This document shows, piece by piece, positions 1 through 10,690 of a DNA stretch of 64,000 nt (its first letter is position 1; each line of letters begins with the position of its first letter). Under the pieces are notes generated by a model, which was not told where the DNA came from, searched no databases, and worked only from the letters and a program-made list of their open reading frames with translations. The position numbers and the translations under genes were made by a program. Origin of the DNA: a candidate division WOR-3 bacterium (lineage in GTDB: Bacteria > Hydrothermota > UBA3072); the NCBI GenBank assembly GCA_039804165.1, contig JBDRZZ010000001.1, forward strand, positions 28,962 through 92,961, read 5' to 3'.

Positions 1-801
1 CCATCCATAATTTGGGATCTCGCTGAAGAAAATACACCATCTCTTGTGGAAGTTCCCGATGTTGAAACAATGAAGAAGAAGGCCGTCGAATACGCTATCA
101 AAGCCCTCGAACAATACAAATCTGAACTCCTTGCAGAGCGCAAACGGCAAGCTGAAATAAAACAGAAATACGGAGTTAAGTCACTTGAACACCTTGTTTT
201 AAAATTAGATGAGGAACTAATTGATCTCGAAGCTCGTAAAGCCAGAGGTGAAAATGTGGACCTTGTTATAAGAAACAAGCAGGAACGAAAATTAGAGTAC
301 GAACAAGCTTTAAAAGAGCTTCAAAGCCTCATAGAAAAGGAACAAAGCTTGACAATGACGATGCCACGATTCCTTGGAATGATTCAGGTAAAACCGCATC
401 CTCAGAAAAGTGCGGCAATGGTAAGCGATGCAGAAATTGAAGAAATCGGAATGCGCGTGGCAATGGAATACGAACAAACACAAGGTCGCATACCCGAAGA
501 TGTCTCATCACAAAACCTCGGTTTCGATATCCGCTCTACAGATAGCAGTAACAACACACGGTACATCGAAGTAAAAGCCCGTGCTCAAACCGGTCCTGTT
601 GCTCTCACACAAAACGAATGGTTTAAGGCACAACGGTTTGGTAACGATTACTATCTTTATGTTGTTTTTAACGCAGATTCAAAACCAGAGCTACGTATTA
701 TCGCAAACCCTGCCTCTATCTTAAAACCAGAAGAGAAAATAGAGATTGTTCGCTATTTTGTGGAGAGCAATGAAATTTTAAATAAAGGAATAAAAGTATG
801 A
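1..801 (+). CDS. C-terminal part (5' end outside window) of a putative SF2 helicase carrying a DUF3883-like C-terminal domain. Candidate first gene of a three-gene defence operon.
   Basis: Frame 1 is open from nt 1 with no upstream stop, so the GTG at 46 is not the real start. The C-terminal '[19 protein letters not shown]...ELRIIANP' block resembles DUF3883. The stop overlaps the next gene's ATG (ATGA at 798-801). Confidence 0.55.
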   Translation, partial: PSIIWDLAEENTPSLVEVPDVETMKKKAVEYAIKALEQYKSELLAERKRQAEIKQKYGVKSLEHLVLKLDEELIDLEARKARGENVDLVIRNKQERKLEYEQALKELQSLIEKEQSLTMTMPRFLGMIQVKPHPQKSAAMVSDAEIEEIGMRVAMEYEQTQGRIPEDVSSQNLGFDIRSTDSSNNTRYIEVKARAQTGPVALTQNEWFKAQRFGNDYYLYVVFNADSKPELRIIANPASILKPEEKIEIVRYFVESNEILNKGIKV

Positions 802-3554
802 ACGACAAGCGCTTTATCGAAGTCTCGTTTCCAGTAAAAGAGGTAGGCGAGATTTCGGCAAAAGAAAAAAACATCCGACACGGACATATTAGCACGTTGC
901 ATATTTGGTGGGCGCGCCGACCTTTAGCTGCAAGTCGCGCGACTGCTTATGCTGCCCTTACTCCAATACCTGAAGATCCGATTGAATGGCAAAAAAAGAG
1001 AGATTTTATTATTAACCTATCCAAGTGGGAAAATTCAAACAACGAACAACTTATCAAACAGGCACAAGAGGAAATTTTAAAAGGAAACGGAGGTAAGCCC
1101 CCAAAGGTTATAGATCCTTTCTCGGGTGGTGGTTCTTATCCTCTCGAAGCGCTTAGACTGGGTTGTGAAGCTTATGCTAATGATTACAATCCTGTGGCTG
1201 TACTTATTGAAAAAGCTACCTTAGAATTTCCACAAAAATTCAGCAAACCTTTTGATGGCATGCCTAATTTGCTCAAACTGCATGCTTCTAATCAATCGAA
1301 AGGCAATTTGTTTACGGATGAGAATAGAACAATCCAAAATCCTTTGCTCTTTGCTGTTGAGTATTGGGGCAATTGGGTTTTAGAAGAAGCAAAAAAAGAA
1401 TTAGCTGAATTTTATACTTCCAATAAGAGTGAAATTCCAGTTGGCTACATTTGGGCAAGAACTGTTCCTTGCCAGAACCCTTCTTGTAGTGTGGAAATCC
1501 CTCTGATGCGTCAATATTGGCTTGCTAAGAAGGATAATAAAAAGGTTGCCTTGCATCCTGTTACAAAAGGAGCTGGTAAGCCAATTGAGTTTGAAATTGT
1601 GGCGCAAGGTATTTCCAACTACAAACCTTGGCCCAAAGATTTTGATCCCGAAGAGGGTACAGTAGCTCGTGCCAAAGTGCGGTGTCCAGCCTGTGGCTCA
1701 ATGATTGATGACAAAACCACACGTAAACTATTCCAAACCGGAAAAGCTGGGGAAAGAATGATTGCTGTGGTTTATACAAAACCCAAAACCGAAGGCAAAT
1801 ACTACCGCTTAGCCACAGAAGAAGATATAAAAACCTTCGAAAAAGCTAAAAAAGCACTTAACAAAAAAATCGAAGAACTCCGCGAAAAATGGATTTTGGA
1901 ACCTGTGCCAGATGAGGAATTGCCACCAAGAGGAACTTTAGGTTTTAGGATCCAAGGTTATGGAATGAACACTTGGGGTGATCTTTTCAATCCTCGACAG
2001 AAGCTCTCTCTTTTAGTTTTTGCCGATGCTGTGCGCAGAGCGTATGAGAAGATGAGGGAATTGGGCTATCCCGAAGATTTTGCCAAGGCTGTGACAGTAT
2101 ATTTGGGGATGGGATTAAGTAGACAAGCAGATTATAACTCAACTTTATGCGTTTGGGCAGTGGCAGGAGAATTTATAGCACATACTTTTGGTAGACAAGC
2201 TCTACCTATGATTTGGGACTACTTTGAATTGTATCCCGATAGTAATGCTACTGGTGATTGGAATTCTGGGTTAAATTGGATTCTTTCAGTTCTTCACCAC
2301 CTCTCCCAACTCCCCAACTCCCAATCTCCAATCCCCACTGTCACCCATTCCTCAGCCACACAGCTACCGTATCCCGACAACTACTTTGATGCAGTTCTTA
2401 CTGATCCGCCATATTACGACAATGTCCCCTACTCATACCTTTCTGATTTTTTTTATGTTTGGCTTAAGCGAACAGTGGGGCATCTTTTTCCAGAGCTTTT
2501 TGCTACTCCTCTTACTCCCAAAAGTGGAGAAATTGTGGCTTACACACAAAAAGAGGGAGGGCTTGAGGCTGGAATGAAGTTCTTTGAAGAACAGTTAGCG
2601 TTATCCTTCAAAGAGATGTATCGTATTTTAAAACCTGGTGGCATTGCTGTGATTGTGTATGCTCATAAGTCAACTGCTGGCTGGGAAACTGTCATTAATG
2701 CACTCCTTGATAGTGGCTTGGTTGTCAATGCTTCTTGGCCAGTGAATACCGAAATGCAATCACGGCTCAATGCTAAAGAAACAGCATCTTTAGCTTCTTC
2801 TATTTACATTGTTGCCCGCAAAATGGAACGAAAAGATATTGGATTTTACCCAGAAGTTAAAAAAGAGCTTGAATCCTATATGAATGAGAAGCTCGAAAGA
2901 CTCTGGCAAGAAGGAATTGGTGGAGCAGACTTTTTTATTTCTGCTATTGGTGCTGGTATTGAGGTCTTTGGCAAATATAAACAAATTATGGACTACAGTG
3001 GCAATATCATTCGCGCAGATATGATGCTCGAAGATATTCGGAAAATTGCAACTGATTATGCAGTGCATAAGATCCTGCATAATGGATTTGCTGGAGAAAT
3101 CAACGAACTTACCCGCTACTACGTGCTCTACCGGTGGGAATATGGCGAAGCAAAAGTTCAATTCGACGAAGCACGCAAGCTGGCAGCAAGCTGTGGCATC
3201 GATTTAGCGAATGAATGGAACAAACATGGGTTTATTAGAAAAGAAAAAGAATTTATTCGCCTACTTGGTCCGGAAGAAAGAACCATAAAAGACTTGGAAA
3301 ATTCCAATGAGCTCATCGATGTGTTGCATCATATGCTCTTGCTATGGGAAAAGAGCAAGCGAGATGACATACTTGAGCGCTTGCAGACAACCGGCTTTGG
3401 CAAGAGCGAAGCATTTTACCGAGTAGCTCAGGCAATTGCAGAAACTTTGCCGAACGAGAGTAAAGAGAAGAAATTACTAGAAGGATTTTTAGCAGGGAGA
3501 GAAAGAATTAGAAGTGAGATAAAACAAAAGAGGCAAAAGGAGTTATTCAAATGA
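798..3554 (+). CDS. DUF1156-family N6-adenine (or N4-cytosine) DNA methyltransferase with Zn-ribbon.
   Basis: The N-terminus '[43 protein letters not shown]' is the DUF1156 signature. SAM-binding motif I 'IDPFSGGGS' lies at about 1113-1133. Cys clusters 'CQNPSCS' and 'CPACGS' form a Zn-ribbon at about 1684-1701. Catalytic motif IV 'DPPY' lies at about 2403-2414. The gene is 918 aa and overlaps both neighbours by 4 nt. Confidence 0.8.
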   Translation: MNDKRFIEVSFPVKEVGEISAKEKNIRHGHISTLHIWWARRPLAASRATAYAALTPIPEDPIEWQKKRDFIINLSKWENSNNEQLIKQAQEEILKGNGGKPPKVIDPFSGGGSYPLEALRLGCEAYANDYNPVAVLIEKATLEFPQKFSKPFDGMPNLLKLHASNQSKGNLFTDENRTIQNPLLFAVEYWGNWVLEEAKKELAEFYTSNKSEIPVGYIWARTVPCQNPSCSVEIPLMRQYWLAKKDNKKVALHPVTKGAGKPIEFEIVAQGISNYKPWPKDFDPEEGTVARAKVRCPACGSMIDDKTTRKLFQTGKAGERMIAVVYTKPKTEGKYYRLATEEDIKTFEKAKKALNKKIEELREKWILEPVPDEELPPRGTLGFRIQGYGMNTWGDLFNPRQKLSLLVFADAVRRAYEKMRELGYPEDFAKAVTVYLGMGLSRQADYNSTLCVWAVAGEFIAHTFGRQALPMIWDYFELYPDSNATGDWNSGLNWILSVLHHLSQLPNSQSPIPTVTHSSATQLPYPDNYFDAVLTDPPYYDNVPYSYLSDFFYVWLKRTVGHLFPELFATPLTPKSGEIVAYTQKEGGLEAGMKFFEEQLALSFKEMYRILKPGGIAVIVYAHKSTAGWETVINALLDSGLVVNASWPVNTEMQSRLNAKETASLASSIYIVARKMERKDIGFYPEVKKELESYMNEKLERLWQEGIGGADFFISAIGAGIEVFGKYKQIMDYSGNIIRADMMLEDIRKIATDYAVHKILHNGFAGEINELTRYYVLYRWEYGEAKVQFDEARKLAASCGIDLANEWNKHGFIRKEKEFIRLLGPEERTIKDLENSNELIDVLHHMLLLWEKSKRDDILERLQTTGFGKSEAFYRVAQAIAETLPNESKEKKLLEGFLAGRERIRSEIKQKRQKELFK

Positions 3555-6115
3555 AACCATTTCATACAATAGCAATCCCTCACAAAGACATCCTTGAGGG
3601 TCGTTTCACAATGGATGTTTTTGCAGCGGACCTTTGGGAAGCGTATCACAATCGCGGTCCGGCTGAGTATCGGGATGCGAAAACATTTTTTGAGAAGACG
3701 TACGAAACCCAAGGGTTACAAAATCTGCTTGATGTTATCTACAGGCGAGTAACCGGCAAGGGTGGTGATTCGACCATTCAGATTCAGACACCATTTGGTG
3801 GAGGTAAGACGCATTCGCTTATTGCCATCATGCACAAGGCGCAGGAGTGGAACGCGAAGAGAGTTGTCATTGTGGGTACAAATATTAGCGCAAAGGATAC
3901 GCTCTGGAGTATTCTTGAGCAACAACTTACGGGGAAGAATGAAAAACTCGTTGGATTAACATCGCCGGGTAAAGACAAGATAAAAGCAGTGCTTCAGGCG
4001 CATCAGCCTCTCATCATCCTTATGGATGAAGTGCTTGAGTATGTAACGAAAGCCGCTGGAGTAAAAGTAGAAAGCAGTACACTTGCCGCACAAACTATGG
4101 CGTTTATGCAGGAGCTGACGGAGACGGTCTCGATTTTGGAGAAGGCGTGCCTTGTGGTAACGCTTCCATCAAGTATAATCGAACACTACGATCAGGCAGC
4201 AGAACAATTATTCGCTCAGCTTCAAAAAGTGATGGGACGAGTGGAAAAAATCTATACGCCTGTGCAAGAATCCGAGATTGCCAAGGTCATTCGTCGAAGG
4301 CTTTTTACATCTGTTGATGAGAAAAAGGCATTACAAGTAATTAAGCACTTTCTTGACTATGCTCAGAAGGAAGGGATTCTCCCGCCTGGGATGGAAGTCA
4401 GCGAGTATCGGGATAGATTTTTAGATTCTTATCCTTTTATGCCAGAAGTGATTGATGTTTTATATCACAGGTGGGGAAGTTTCCCTGGTTTTCAACGGAC
4501 TCGAGGTGTTTTAAGGCTTCTTTCATTAGTTATCTCAGAACTCAAAACAAAAAATCTTCCTTATATCAGTCTTGCAGATTTTAATCTTGCCCAACAGGAG
4601 ATACGTCAAGAACTCTTAAAACACATTGGAACAGAATTCAACAGTGTCATTGCACAAGATATTACTGATGCAGATGCGGGAAGTAAGAAAGTGGATATGA
4701 ATCTTGGCGAAGCGTATAAGGGTTTACACCTTGCAACTCGAGCTTCAACGGCAATTTTTATGTATTCATTCTCCGGAGGAACAGAACGGGGGGCAACGCT
4801 AACAGAAATTAAACGGACAGCAACAACGCTCAATAACCCTTCTAGTGTTGTTGCAGAAGCTCTTGAGCAGTTGAAGAGCAAGCTGTTTTATTTCCAACTT
4901 CAAGCAGATAAGTACTTCTTCTCGAACCAGCCAAATATTAATCGTATTATCCTCACTAAAATGGAGAATGTTCACGATGCAGAATTGCTTGAATTAGAGA
5001 AAGACTTACTGAAGCAGAATATCCGTGGAGATCGAATGAAAGTGTTTCTGTGGGAAGAACAATCGTCGTCAATTCCTGATACTGAAGATCTGAAGCTTAT
5101 TATTTTACCAGAAGAGAAGAAAGAGGTGATTGAATCTATTTTGAAAACAAAAGGTGAAAGCCCTCGGGTAAATTGTAACACTTTATTTTTCCTTTTCCCT
5201 ACTGATATTGAGCGAGCAAGCTTTAGAGTTCAATTGAAACGCTACAAAGCTTACCAAGCGCTTGAGAAAGATACAACCGTTTCTCTGGGAGAGGAACAAC
5301 GGAAAGAAATTCGTGCTGAACTCAAGAGATACGAAAGCGACATCAAAGAAGCACTTCGGAAACTGTACCGACAAGTTGCCATTCCTACGAGGGAAGGCTA
5401 CAAGAAAGACGACCTTGGCATCCCAACGTATGGTGAACAGAAACCACTTGATGTTGTGGTGTATGAGAAACTTCTTTCAAATGGTGAAGTTGTTGAGCAG
5501 TTAGTTCCACTCGTCATTAAGGAACGATACCTTAAAAACAATAGGTTTGTATTAACAAAACAGATTGCGCAAGCGGGATACCAGACTCCAGGTGAGCTTC
5601 GAGTTAGAGACAGAACTATCCTTGAAAGAGCAATTTTAGAGGGGATTGAGAAAGGTGTATTTGGTTTGGGGGAACTTGAAAACGACAAGCCGATTTGTAG
5701 ATATTTTCAAGAAACCCCGAGGGTTGGTTTTAGTGATAATGAGATTCTTATAAGTGAGGAGCTCTGTAAAGAGGAAAAAAGAGGTAAGGAAAGGATAACT
5801 TCGGAACATAAGATGGAGTATCCACCGAGCACTTCCGTTGGAACAGGAGCAGCTGTTAATGAATCTTTGGAGGTAGCTGTAGAAGAGAGCGGTTTTAAGG
5901 ATAATGTCCACTTAAGTTTTGATATTCCTAAAGGGAAAGTTTCTGAGGTATTACGCATAATAAACTTTTTACAGCAAAAATTTGAGATTATTAATTTAGA
6001 AATTAAAGCAAGGGATGGAAAAATTTCTGAACAGGATTATGAAAATAAAGTGAAAGAGGCGTTGAGACAATTGGGAATTGAGTTTGGAGAGGAAAATAGA
6101 CCAAACAAATTGTAG
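3551..6115 (+). CDS. DUF499-family P-loop ATPase (COG1483-like).
   Basis: N-terminal '[26 protein letters not shown]' is the DUF499 signature. Walker A '[13 protein letters not shown]' lies at about 3794-3814 and Walker B '[11 protein letters not shown]' at about 4009-4035. It is start/stop-coupled to the methyltransferase (ATGA at 3551-3554). Confidence 0.75.
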   Translation: MKPFHTIAIPHKDILEGRFTMDVFAADLWEAYHNRGPAEYRDAKTFFEKTYETQGLQNLLDVIYRRVTGKGGDSTIQIQTPFGGGKTHSLIAIMHKAQEWNAKRVVIVGTNISAKDTLWSILEQQLTGKNEKLVGLTSPGKDKIKAVLQAHQPLIILMDEVLEYVTKAAGVKVESSTLAAQTMAFMQELTETVSILEKACLVVTLPSSIIEHYDQAAEQLFAQLQKVMGRVEKIYTPVQESEIAKVIRRRLFTSVDEKKALQVIKHFLDYAQKEGILPPGMEVSEYRDRFLDSYPFMPEVIDVLYHRWGSFPGFQRTRGVLRLLSLVISELKTKNLPYISLADFNLAQQEIRQELLKHIGTEFNSVIAQDITDADAGSKKVDMNLGEAYKGLHLATRASTAIFMYSFSGGTERGATLTEIKRTATTLNNPSSVVAEALEQLKSKLFYFQLQADKYFFSNQPNINRIILTKMENVHDAELLELEKDLLKQNIRGDRMKVFLWEEQSSSIPDTEDLKLIILPEEKKEVIESILKTKGESPRVNCNTLFFLFPTDIERASFRVQLKRYKAYQALEKDTTVSLGEEQRKEIRAELKRYESDIKEALRKLYRQVAIPTREGYKKDDLGIPTYGEQKPLDVVVYEKLLSNGEVVEQLVPLVIKERYLKNNRFVLTKQIAQAGYQTPGELRVRDRTILERAILEGIEKGVFGLGELENDKPICRYFQETPRVGFSDNEILISEELCKEEKRGKERITSEHKMEYPPSTSVGTGAAVNESLEVAVEESGFKDNVHLSFDIPKGKVSEVLRIINFLQQKFEIINLEIKARDGKISEQDYENKVKEALRQLGIEFGEENRPNKL

Positions 6116-6255
6116 AAAGAAAATTTGGGGAATTTTATCTGAAGTTATGTAGAAAAGGCTTTATCTTTAAGGTTTTTTTAGATCTCTCTTGAAGTTCTAA
6201 TCTTTATTTAAATATTTTTACTTTAAACCTTAACTGCCGGAGAAAAAGGGGATAC

Positions 6256-6282
6256 TTGACAATTTGGTAAAAATGATAATAT
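6256..6282 (+). promoter_or_regulatory. Putative sigma70 promoter upstream of hppA. TTGACA at about 6256-6261 and TG-extended TAATAT at about 6277-6282, spacer about 15.
   Basis: Hexamers read directly in the AT-rich 286 nt intergenic region. The start codon at 6402 is preceded by AAGGAGGA. Confidence 0.35.
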
Positions 6283-6401
6283 TGATGGGAAAATTTAGAA
6301 AGCAGGTCATATAGAAAAAGCATAGGAAAAATAAAAATTTTGCTTAACTTAAGTTTCAATTGTAAAGGTAAAAATAAAGATAAAATAAAAAAGGAGGATA
6401 G

Positions 6402-8348
6402 ATGATTTACATTATAACCGGGATTGGAGTTGTAGGCATTTTGTTCGCTCTTGGGACGTATCTTTTCTTAAAGAAAAAAGATGCCGGTTCTGAGAGAATG
6501 AAGGAAATTGCTGAAGAAATTCATCTTGGAGCAATGACGTTCTTAAAAAGAGAATATCAAATTATTTTTATATTTGCCTTAATTGTTTTTCTCGTTTTAA
6601 CAAAGTTTTTGAGTTTTGGGACAGGGCTTGCTTATCTTCTTGGGGCTTTTTGTTCTCTTTCTGCAGGGCTTTTAGGGATGGAGGCTGCAACCCGGTCGAG
6701 CGGAAGAGCCTGTGCAGCTGCAATTAAAAGTGGAATATCAGAGGCTTTGAGTGTTGCTTTTAGGGGTGGTTCTGTTATGGGAGTTGCGGTTGCTTCTTTG
6801 GGAGTTTTAGGTTTAAGTATTGTTTATATATTAACAAAAGACACAATGATTATCAATGGTTTTGCTATGGGTGCAAGTTCTGTTGCTCTTTTTGCTCGTG
6901 TTGGTGGAGGAATATATACAAAAGCTGCTGATGTTGGTGCTGATCTTGTCGGTAAGATTGAAGAAAATATTCCTGAAGATGATCCCAGAAATCCCGGGGT
7001 TATTGCTGATAATGTAGGAGATTGCGTTGGAGATACAGCAGGAATGGGTGCAGATCTATTTGAGTCTTATGTTGGATCTGTTGTTGCAACAATGGCTATT
7101 GGAGCAACATTAGCTTCTCCTTTTAAGTGGATGTATTTACCTCTTGTTTTGATCACTTTGGGCCTTATTTCTTCGCTTATTGGGATATCTTCAATAAACT
7201 TTTTGAAAAGGATTGATCCTCAATCTGCTTTACGTTATGCAACTTATGTTAGTGGTTTTATTTTTGTTGCCGCATCTTTTTTTGCTGTAAAAAGCATAAT
7301 TGGGAATTTTAACATTTTCTGGTGCATTGTGGCTGGCTTACTCACAGGGGTTTTAATTGGTCTTGAAAGTGAGTTTTTCACAAGTGGGCCACCGATAAAG
7401 AGAGTTGCTAAAAGCAGCGAATCTGGGGCAGCTCCAACCATAATCACAGGTCTTGCGACAGCTTTTGAAAGCACAATTTTACCCCTTGTCACAATCTGTA
7501 TTTCCACTTATCTTGTTTATCAGTTAAGTGGACTTTATGGAATTGCAATTTCAGCTGTGGGAATGCTTTCAACAATTGGTATTGTTATGTCTACAGATTC
7601 TTATGGACCTATTGCCGATAATGCCGGAGGTATTGCAGAGATGTCAGGGCAGAAACCTGAGGTTAGAAAAATCACGGATAAACTGGATGCTTTAGGAAAT
7701 ACAACTGCTGCAATTGGAAAAGGTTTTGCAATTGGGTCGGCTGCTTTAACTGCTCTTGCTCTTTTCTCTGCATACCAGAAGGTTGCAAATATAGACATTA
7801 TTAATTTGAGTGATGTGAAAACGATTATCGGCTTACTTCTTGGAGGTCTTATGGTTTTTGTTGTTTCAGCACTCACTTTGAAATCTGTTGGACAACTCGC
7901 AAATAAGATGGTTATTGAAATTAGACGTCAGTTTAGAGAAATTGTTGGGTTGAGAGAAGGGAAGGTAAAGCCAGATACGAGAAGATGTGTTGACATTGTA
8001 ACAAAGGGAGCTATAAAAGAAATGGCTCTACCAGGGCTTTTAGCTGTGATTGTTCCGCTTTTAGTTGGTTTCTTTCTTGGTAAACATGCTCTTGGAGGAT
8101 TTTTGGCTGGAGCAACAACTACTGGAGTCTTAATTGGTCTAATGATGACGAATGGAGGAGCAACTTGGGATAATGCAAAGAAATGGATTGAAGAAGGTAA
8201 TCTTGGAGGTAAAGGGACCCCTACTCATGCAGCTGCAGTTGTTGGAGATACAGTCGGAGATCCTTTCAAAGATACAACAGGTCCTTCAATGAATATTCTG
8301 ATTAAACTTATGGCAATTGTTTCTTTGGTTTTTGCTCCTTTACTTTAA
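6402..8348 (+). CDS. hppA: Membrane-bound H+/Na+-translocating pyrophosphatase (V-PPase).
   Basis: 648 aa polytopic protein. It carries the conserved V-PPase blocks '[18 protein letters not shown]', 'DNVGDCVGD' and '[11 protein letters not shown]'. A strong SD precedes the start. Confidence 0.9.
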   Translation: MIYIITGIGVVGILFALGTYLFLKKKDAGSERMKEIAEEIHLGAMTFLKREYQIIFIFALIVFLVLTKFLSFGTGLAYLLGAFCSLSAGLLGMEAATRSSGRACAAAIKSGISEALSVAFRGGSVMGVAVASLGVLGLSIVYILTKDTMIINGFAMGASSVALFARVGGGIYTKAADVGADLVGKIEENIPEDDPRNPGVIADNVGDCVGDTAGMGADLFESYVGSVVATMAIGATLASPFKWMYLPLVLITLGLISSLIGISSINFLKRIDPQSALRYATYVSGFIFVAASFFAVKSIIGNFNIFWCIVAGLLTGVLIGLESEFFTSGPPIKRVAKSSESGAAPTIITGLATAFESTILPLVTICISTYLVYQLSGLYGIAISAVGMLSTIGIVMSTDSYGPIADNAGGIAEMSGQKPEVRKITDKLDALGNTTAAIGKGFAIGSAALTALALFSAYQKVANIDIINLSDVKTIIGLLLGGLMVFVVSALTLKSVGQLANKMVIEIRRQFREIVGLREGKVKPDTRRCVDIVTKGAIKEMALPGLLAVIVPLLVGFFLGKHALGGFLAGATTTGVLIGLMMTNGGATWDNAKKWIEEGNLGGKGTPTHAAAVVGDTVGDPFKDTTGPSMNILIKLMAIVSLVFAPLL

Positions 8349-8364
8349 CTTAGGAGGGTTCTAC

Positions 8365-8393
8365 TTGACAAAAATTTTCCCTTACTTTATAAT
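8365..8393 (+). promoter_or_regulatory. Consensus sigma70 promoter, TTGACA-17-TATAAT, ending 6 nt before the ATG at 8400. Probable leaderless transcript.
   Basis: TTGACA at 8365-8370, 17 nt spacer, TATAAT at 8388-8393. There is no usable SD between the -10 and the ATG. Confidence 0.5.
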
Positions 8394-8399
8394 AGAAAG

Positions 8400-8951
8400 A
8401 TGAAAAAAGAAGAGCTTTATTATTTTCTTAATCTTATGTTTAACCTTCCTTATGAGGATGAATTTCGAAAGGTAAAGGTTAAGACTAAAAAGCTGGATGA
8501 GTTTTTAGAAGAAGTTAGAGATGGTAAGATAAAAGATCCTAAAGAATTTCTTAGGGAAGGGCTAAGAAGAACTATAACCCCTGCTCTTCTTTCAATAATT
8601 AGGGAAAAACTTAGGATATTCGCAGAAAAGAATAAAGATAACGATAAAGGAAAAGCAGCCGGGTTAATTCTTGGTTTTTTATCTACTGGAATGCCTTTAG
8701 ATCAAAATGGTTTTTTTGTGACTATCTTTATAAGAAGTGCGCTTAATCGTCCACTTGCAGATGATAGAAAAGTTTGGGAGTTTATATATGTTTTTCTACC
8801 AAAGAAAGTTGAGACAGGAGAAGTAGAAACAATTAAAAAGGCTTCCTTTAATTTTGGAGAGGGTTTTGAAGAAAGAGAATCAGGATTACTAACTCCAAAA
8901 GAAGAAAGGATAAAGGAAAAGAGCGAGAGAAAGTTGATAATTCCAAAATGA
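8400..8951 (+). CDS. Hypothetical protein (183 aa, Lys/Glu-rich).
   Basis: Intact ORF directly downstream of a consensus promoter. No family recognised. Confidence 0.45.
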   Translation: MKKEELYYFLNLMFNLPYEDEFRKVKVKTKKLDEFLEEVRDGKIKDPKEFLREGLRRTITPALLSIIREKLRIFAEKNKDNDKGKAAGLILGFLSTGMPLDQNGFFVTIFIRSALNRPLADDRKVWEFIYVFLPKKVETGEVETIKKASFNFGEGFEERESGLLTPKEERIKEKSERKLIIPK

Positions 8952-8960
8952 GGAGTTTGG

Positions 8961-9431
8961 ATGGGAAAATTGGTTATTATTATGGGTTCAGGAAGAGATT
9001 TAAATTATGCAAGGGGAATTGAAAAAATTGTAAAAAAGTTTGGTGTTAATTGTGAATTGAGAGTTGCTTCTGCTCATAAAACTCCTGAGAAGGTTCTAAA
9101 AATAGTAAGAGAAAATGAAAAAGAAGAGGTAGTTTTTATTACAATTGCTGGGAAAAGCAATGCTTTAAGTGGTTTTGTGGATGCAAATACGACTAAACCT
9201 GTAATAGCAGCTCCACCTTATTCAGAGAAATTTTGTGGTGTAGATATTTTTTCGAGTTTAAGAATGCCAAAAGGAGTGGCTCCACTTGTTATTCTTGGAG
9301 AAGAACAGGCCGCTCTTTCTGCTATTAAAATTCTTGCTCTTTCTGATGAAAAACTTCGAGAAAGAATTTATAATTATCAGAAAAGATATAAAGAGGAGAT
9401 TGAAAAGGAGGATAAAAAATTAAATGGGTAG
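8961..9431 (+). CDS. purE: PurE-family AIR carboxylase / N5-CAIR mutase.
   Basis: 'GSGRDLNYA...VASAHKTPEKV...ITIAGKSNALSGFVDANTTKPVIAAPP' matches the PurE core (SAHRTP..., AGxxAHLPG, TxxPVIGVP). Confidence 0.75.
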   Translation: MGKLVIIMGSGRDLNYARGIEKIVKKFGVNCELRVASAHKTPEKVLKIVRENEKEEVVFITIAGKSNALSGFVDANTTKPVIAAPPYSEKFCGVDIFSSLRMPKGVAPLVILGEEQAALSAIKILALSDEKLRERIYNYQKRYKEEIEKEDKKLNG

Positions 9432-10422
9432 TGTAAAAGACCTTTTCGTTATCGAAGAACCGAAAGAAAATAGCCCTGGAATAGGGCTTTTTACTTTTTC
9501 TGATAGGTATTCCGTTTTTGATTGGGGGGAGATGCCAGATTTAATCCCTAATAAAGGTGCTTCTCTTGCAATAATTACAACCCATTTTTTTGAAGTTTTG
9601 AAGAAAAAAGGGATCCCAAGTCATTATCTTGGGGCAGTAATTGATGGAAAGATGGTAAGTTTTGATAAAATAAATAAGCCTTTTAATACAATTAAGGTTA
9701 AGCTTGTTAGAGTGATAAAACCCCAAAGGAAAGATGGTGGATATGATTACTCTGTTTATAAAAACTTATCTGGGAATTATCTTATTCCCTTAGAATTTAT
9801 TTATAGAAATTCGGTTCCTGAAGATTCTTCTTTTTGGGAAAGGTATTATAGAGGAGAAATTAATTATGATGGAGAAGTTATCCCTGATGTTCCTTTAAAA
9901 AGACCAATTCTTGATGTCTCTACAAAGTTAGAAGAGACTGATAGATATTTATCTTGGGAAGAGGCAATGGAGTTGAGTAATCTTGACTTAGATCAAATTG
10001 AAGAGCTGAAAAGTCTTCTTTCAAATATTAACGGGATAATAACAGAAGAAACAGAAAAAGTAGGTATTGTTAATCAGGATGGTAAAATAGAGTTTGCTTT
10101 AGATGAAAGAGGCTTTATTATGGTTGTGGATGCTCTTGGAACTCTTGATGAGTGTAGATTTCTTTTTAATGGGATGACTTTAAGTAAAGAAATTTTGCGT
10201 AAATTCTATAGAAAATCTACTTGGTATAAAGAGGTAAAAAAAGCAAAAGAGAAGGATTCAATTAACTGGAAATCTCTTGTAAAAACCAAACCAGACCCCT
10301 TACCTAAAAAGTTAAAAGAGGGTATTTCTGAGGTTTATCAAGAAGTTGCGAATTTGATTTCTGGAAGAAAGTTTTTTAACGTTCCTCCTTTAGAAAAAAT
10401 ATTAAAAAAGATTTCAGATTGA
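9424..10422 (+). CDS. purC: SAICAR synthetase (long form).
   Basis: N-terminal 'VKDLF...SDRYSVFDW...IPNKGASLAIITTHFFEVLKKKGIPSHYLG' fits the PurC ATP-grasp N-lobe. It lies adjacent to, and overlaps, purE. Confidence 0.6.
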   Translation: MGSVKDLFVIEEPKENSPGIGLFTFSDRYSVFDWGEMPDLIPNKGASLAIITTHFFEVLKKKGIPSHYLGAVIDGKMVSFDKINKPFNTIKVKLVRVIKPQRKDGGYDYSVYKNLSGNYLIPLEFIYRNSVPEDSSFWERYYRGEINYDGEVIPDVPLKRPILDVSTKLEETDRYLSWEEAMELSNLDLDQIEELKSLLSNINGIITEETEKVGIVNQDGKIEFALDERGFIMVVDALGTLDECRFLFNGMTLSKEILRKFYRKSTWYKEVKKAKEKDSINWKSLVKTKPDPLPKKLKEGISEVYQEVANLISGRKFFNVPPLEKILKKISD

Positions 10423-10462
10423 GTTTGGTTGACAACAATCTAATAAATTTGTATAATTTATT

Positions 10463-10690
10463 ATGAAGATGGATACGCCCCTTTTAATGATTGGAACCTT
10501 TCTTGTAATAACCGGAATTTTAATTATTCTATTTGCAAAAATTCCGTTTTTTTCTCGTTTGCCTGGGAATATCTTGATTCAAAAAGAAAACTTTACATTT
10601 TATTTTCCCCTTTCTTCTTGTATATTGATTTCAATAATTTTGACAATCCTTCTCAATTTGATTTTCTTTATATTAAGGAGTAAACCTTGA
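10463..10690 (+). CDS. DUF2905-family small membrane protein.
   Basis: 75 aa with two TM segments around the 'RLPGNILIQKENFTFYFPLSSCILISI' motif typical of DUF2905. Confidence 0.5.
   Translation: MKMDTPLLMIGTFLVITGILIILFAKIPFFSRLPGNILIQKENFTFYFPLSSCILISIILTILLNLIFFILRSKP

Noticed and set aside
329-511. Many short antisense or embedded ORFs in the track (e.g. 329-511, 1401-1779, 2790-3161, 3716-3978, 17155-17451, 17981-18484, 23730-24089, 53663-53880).
   Set aside because: Each lies inside a longer ORF with clear family signatures on the other strand or frame. They are low-complexity, have no RBS, and are typical six-frame noise.
2301-2337. Heptamer repeats in the methyltransferase as a phase-variation switch.
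   Set aside because: The repeats are imperfect in unit length and sequence, so slipped-strand mispairing is unlikely. The tract was kept only as a low-interest note.
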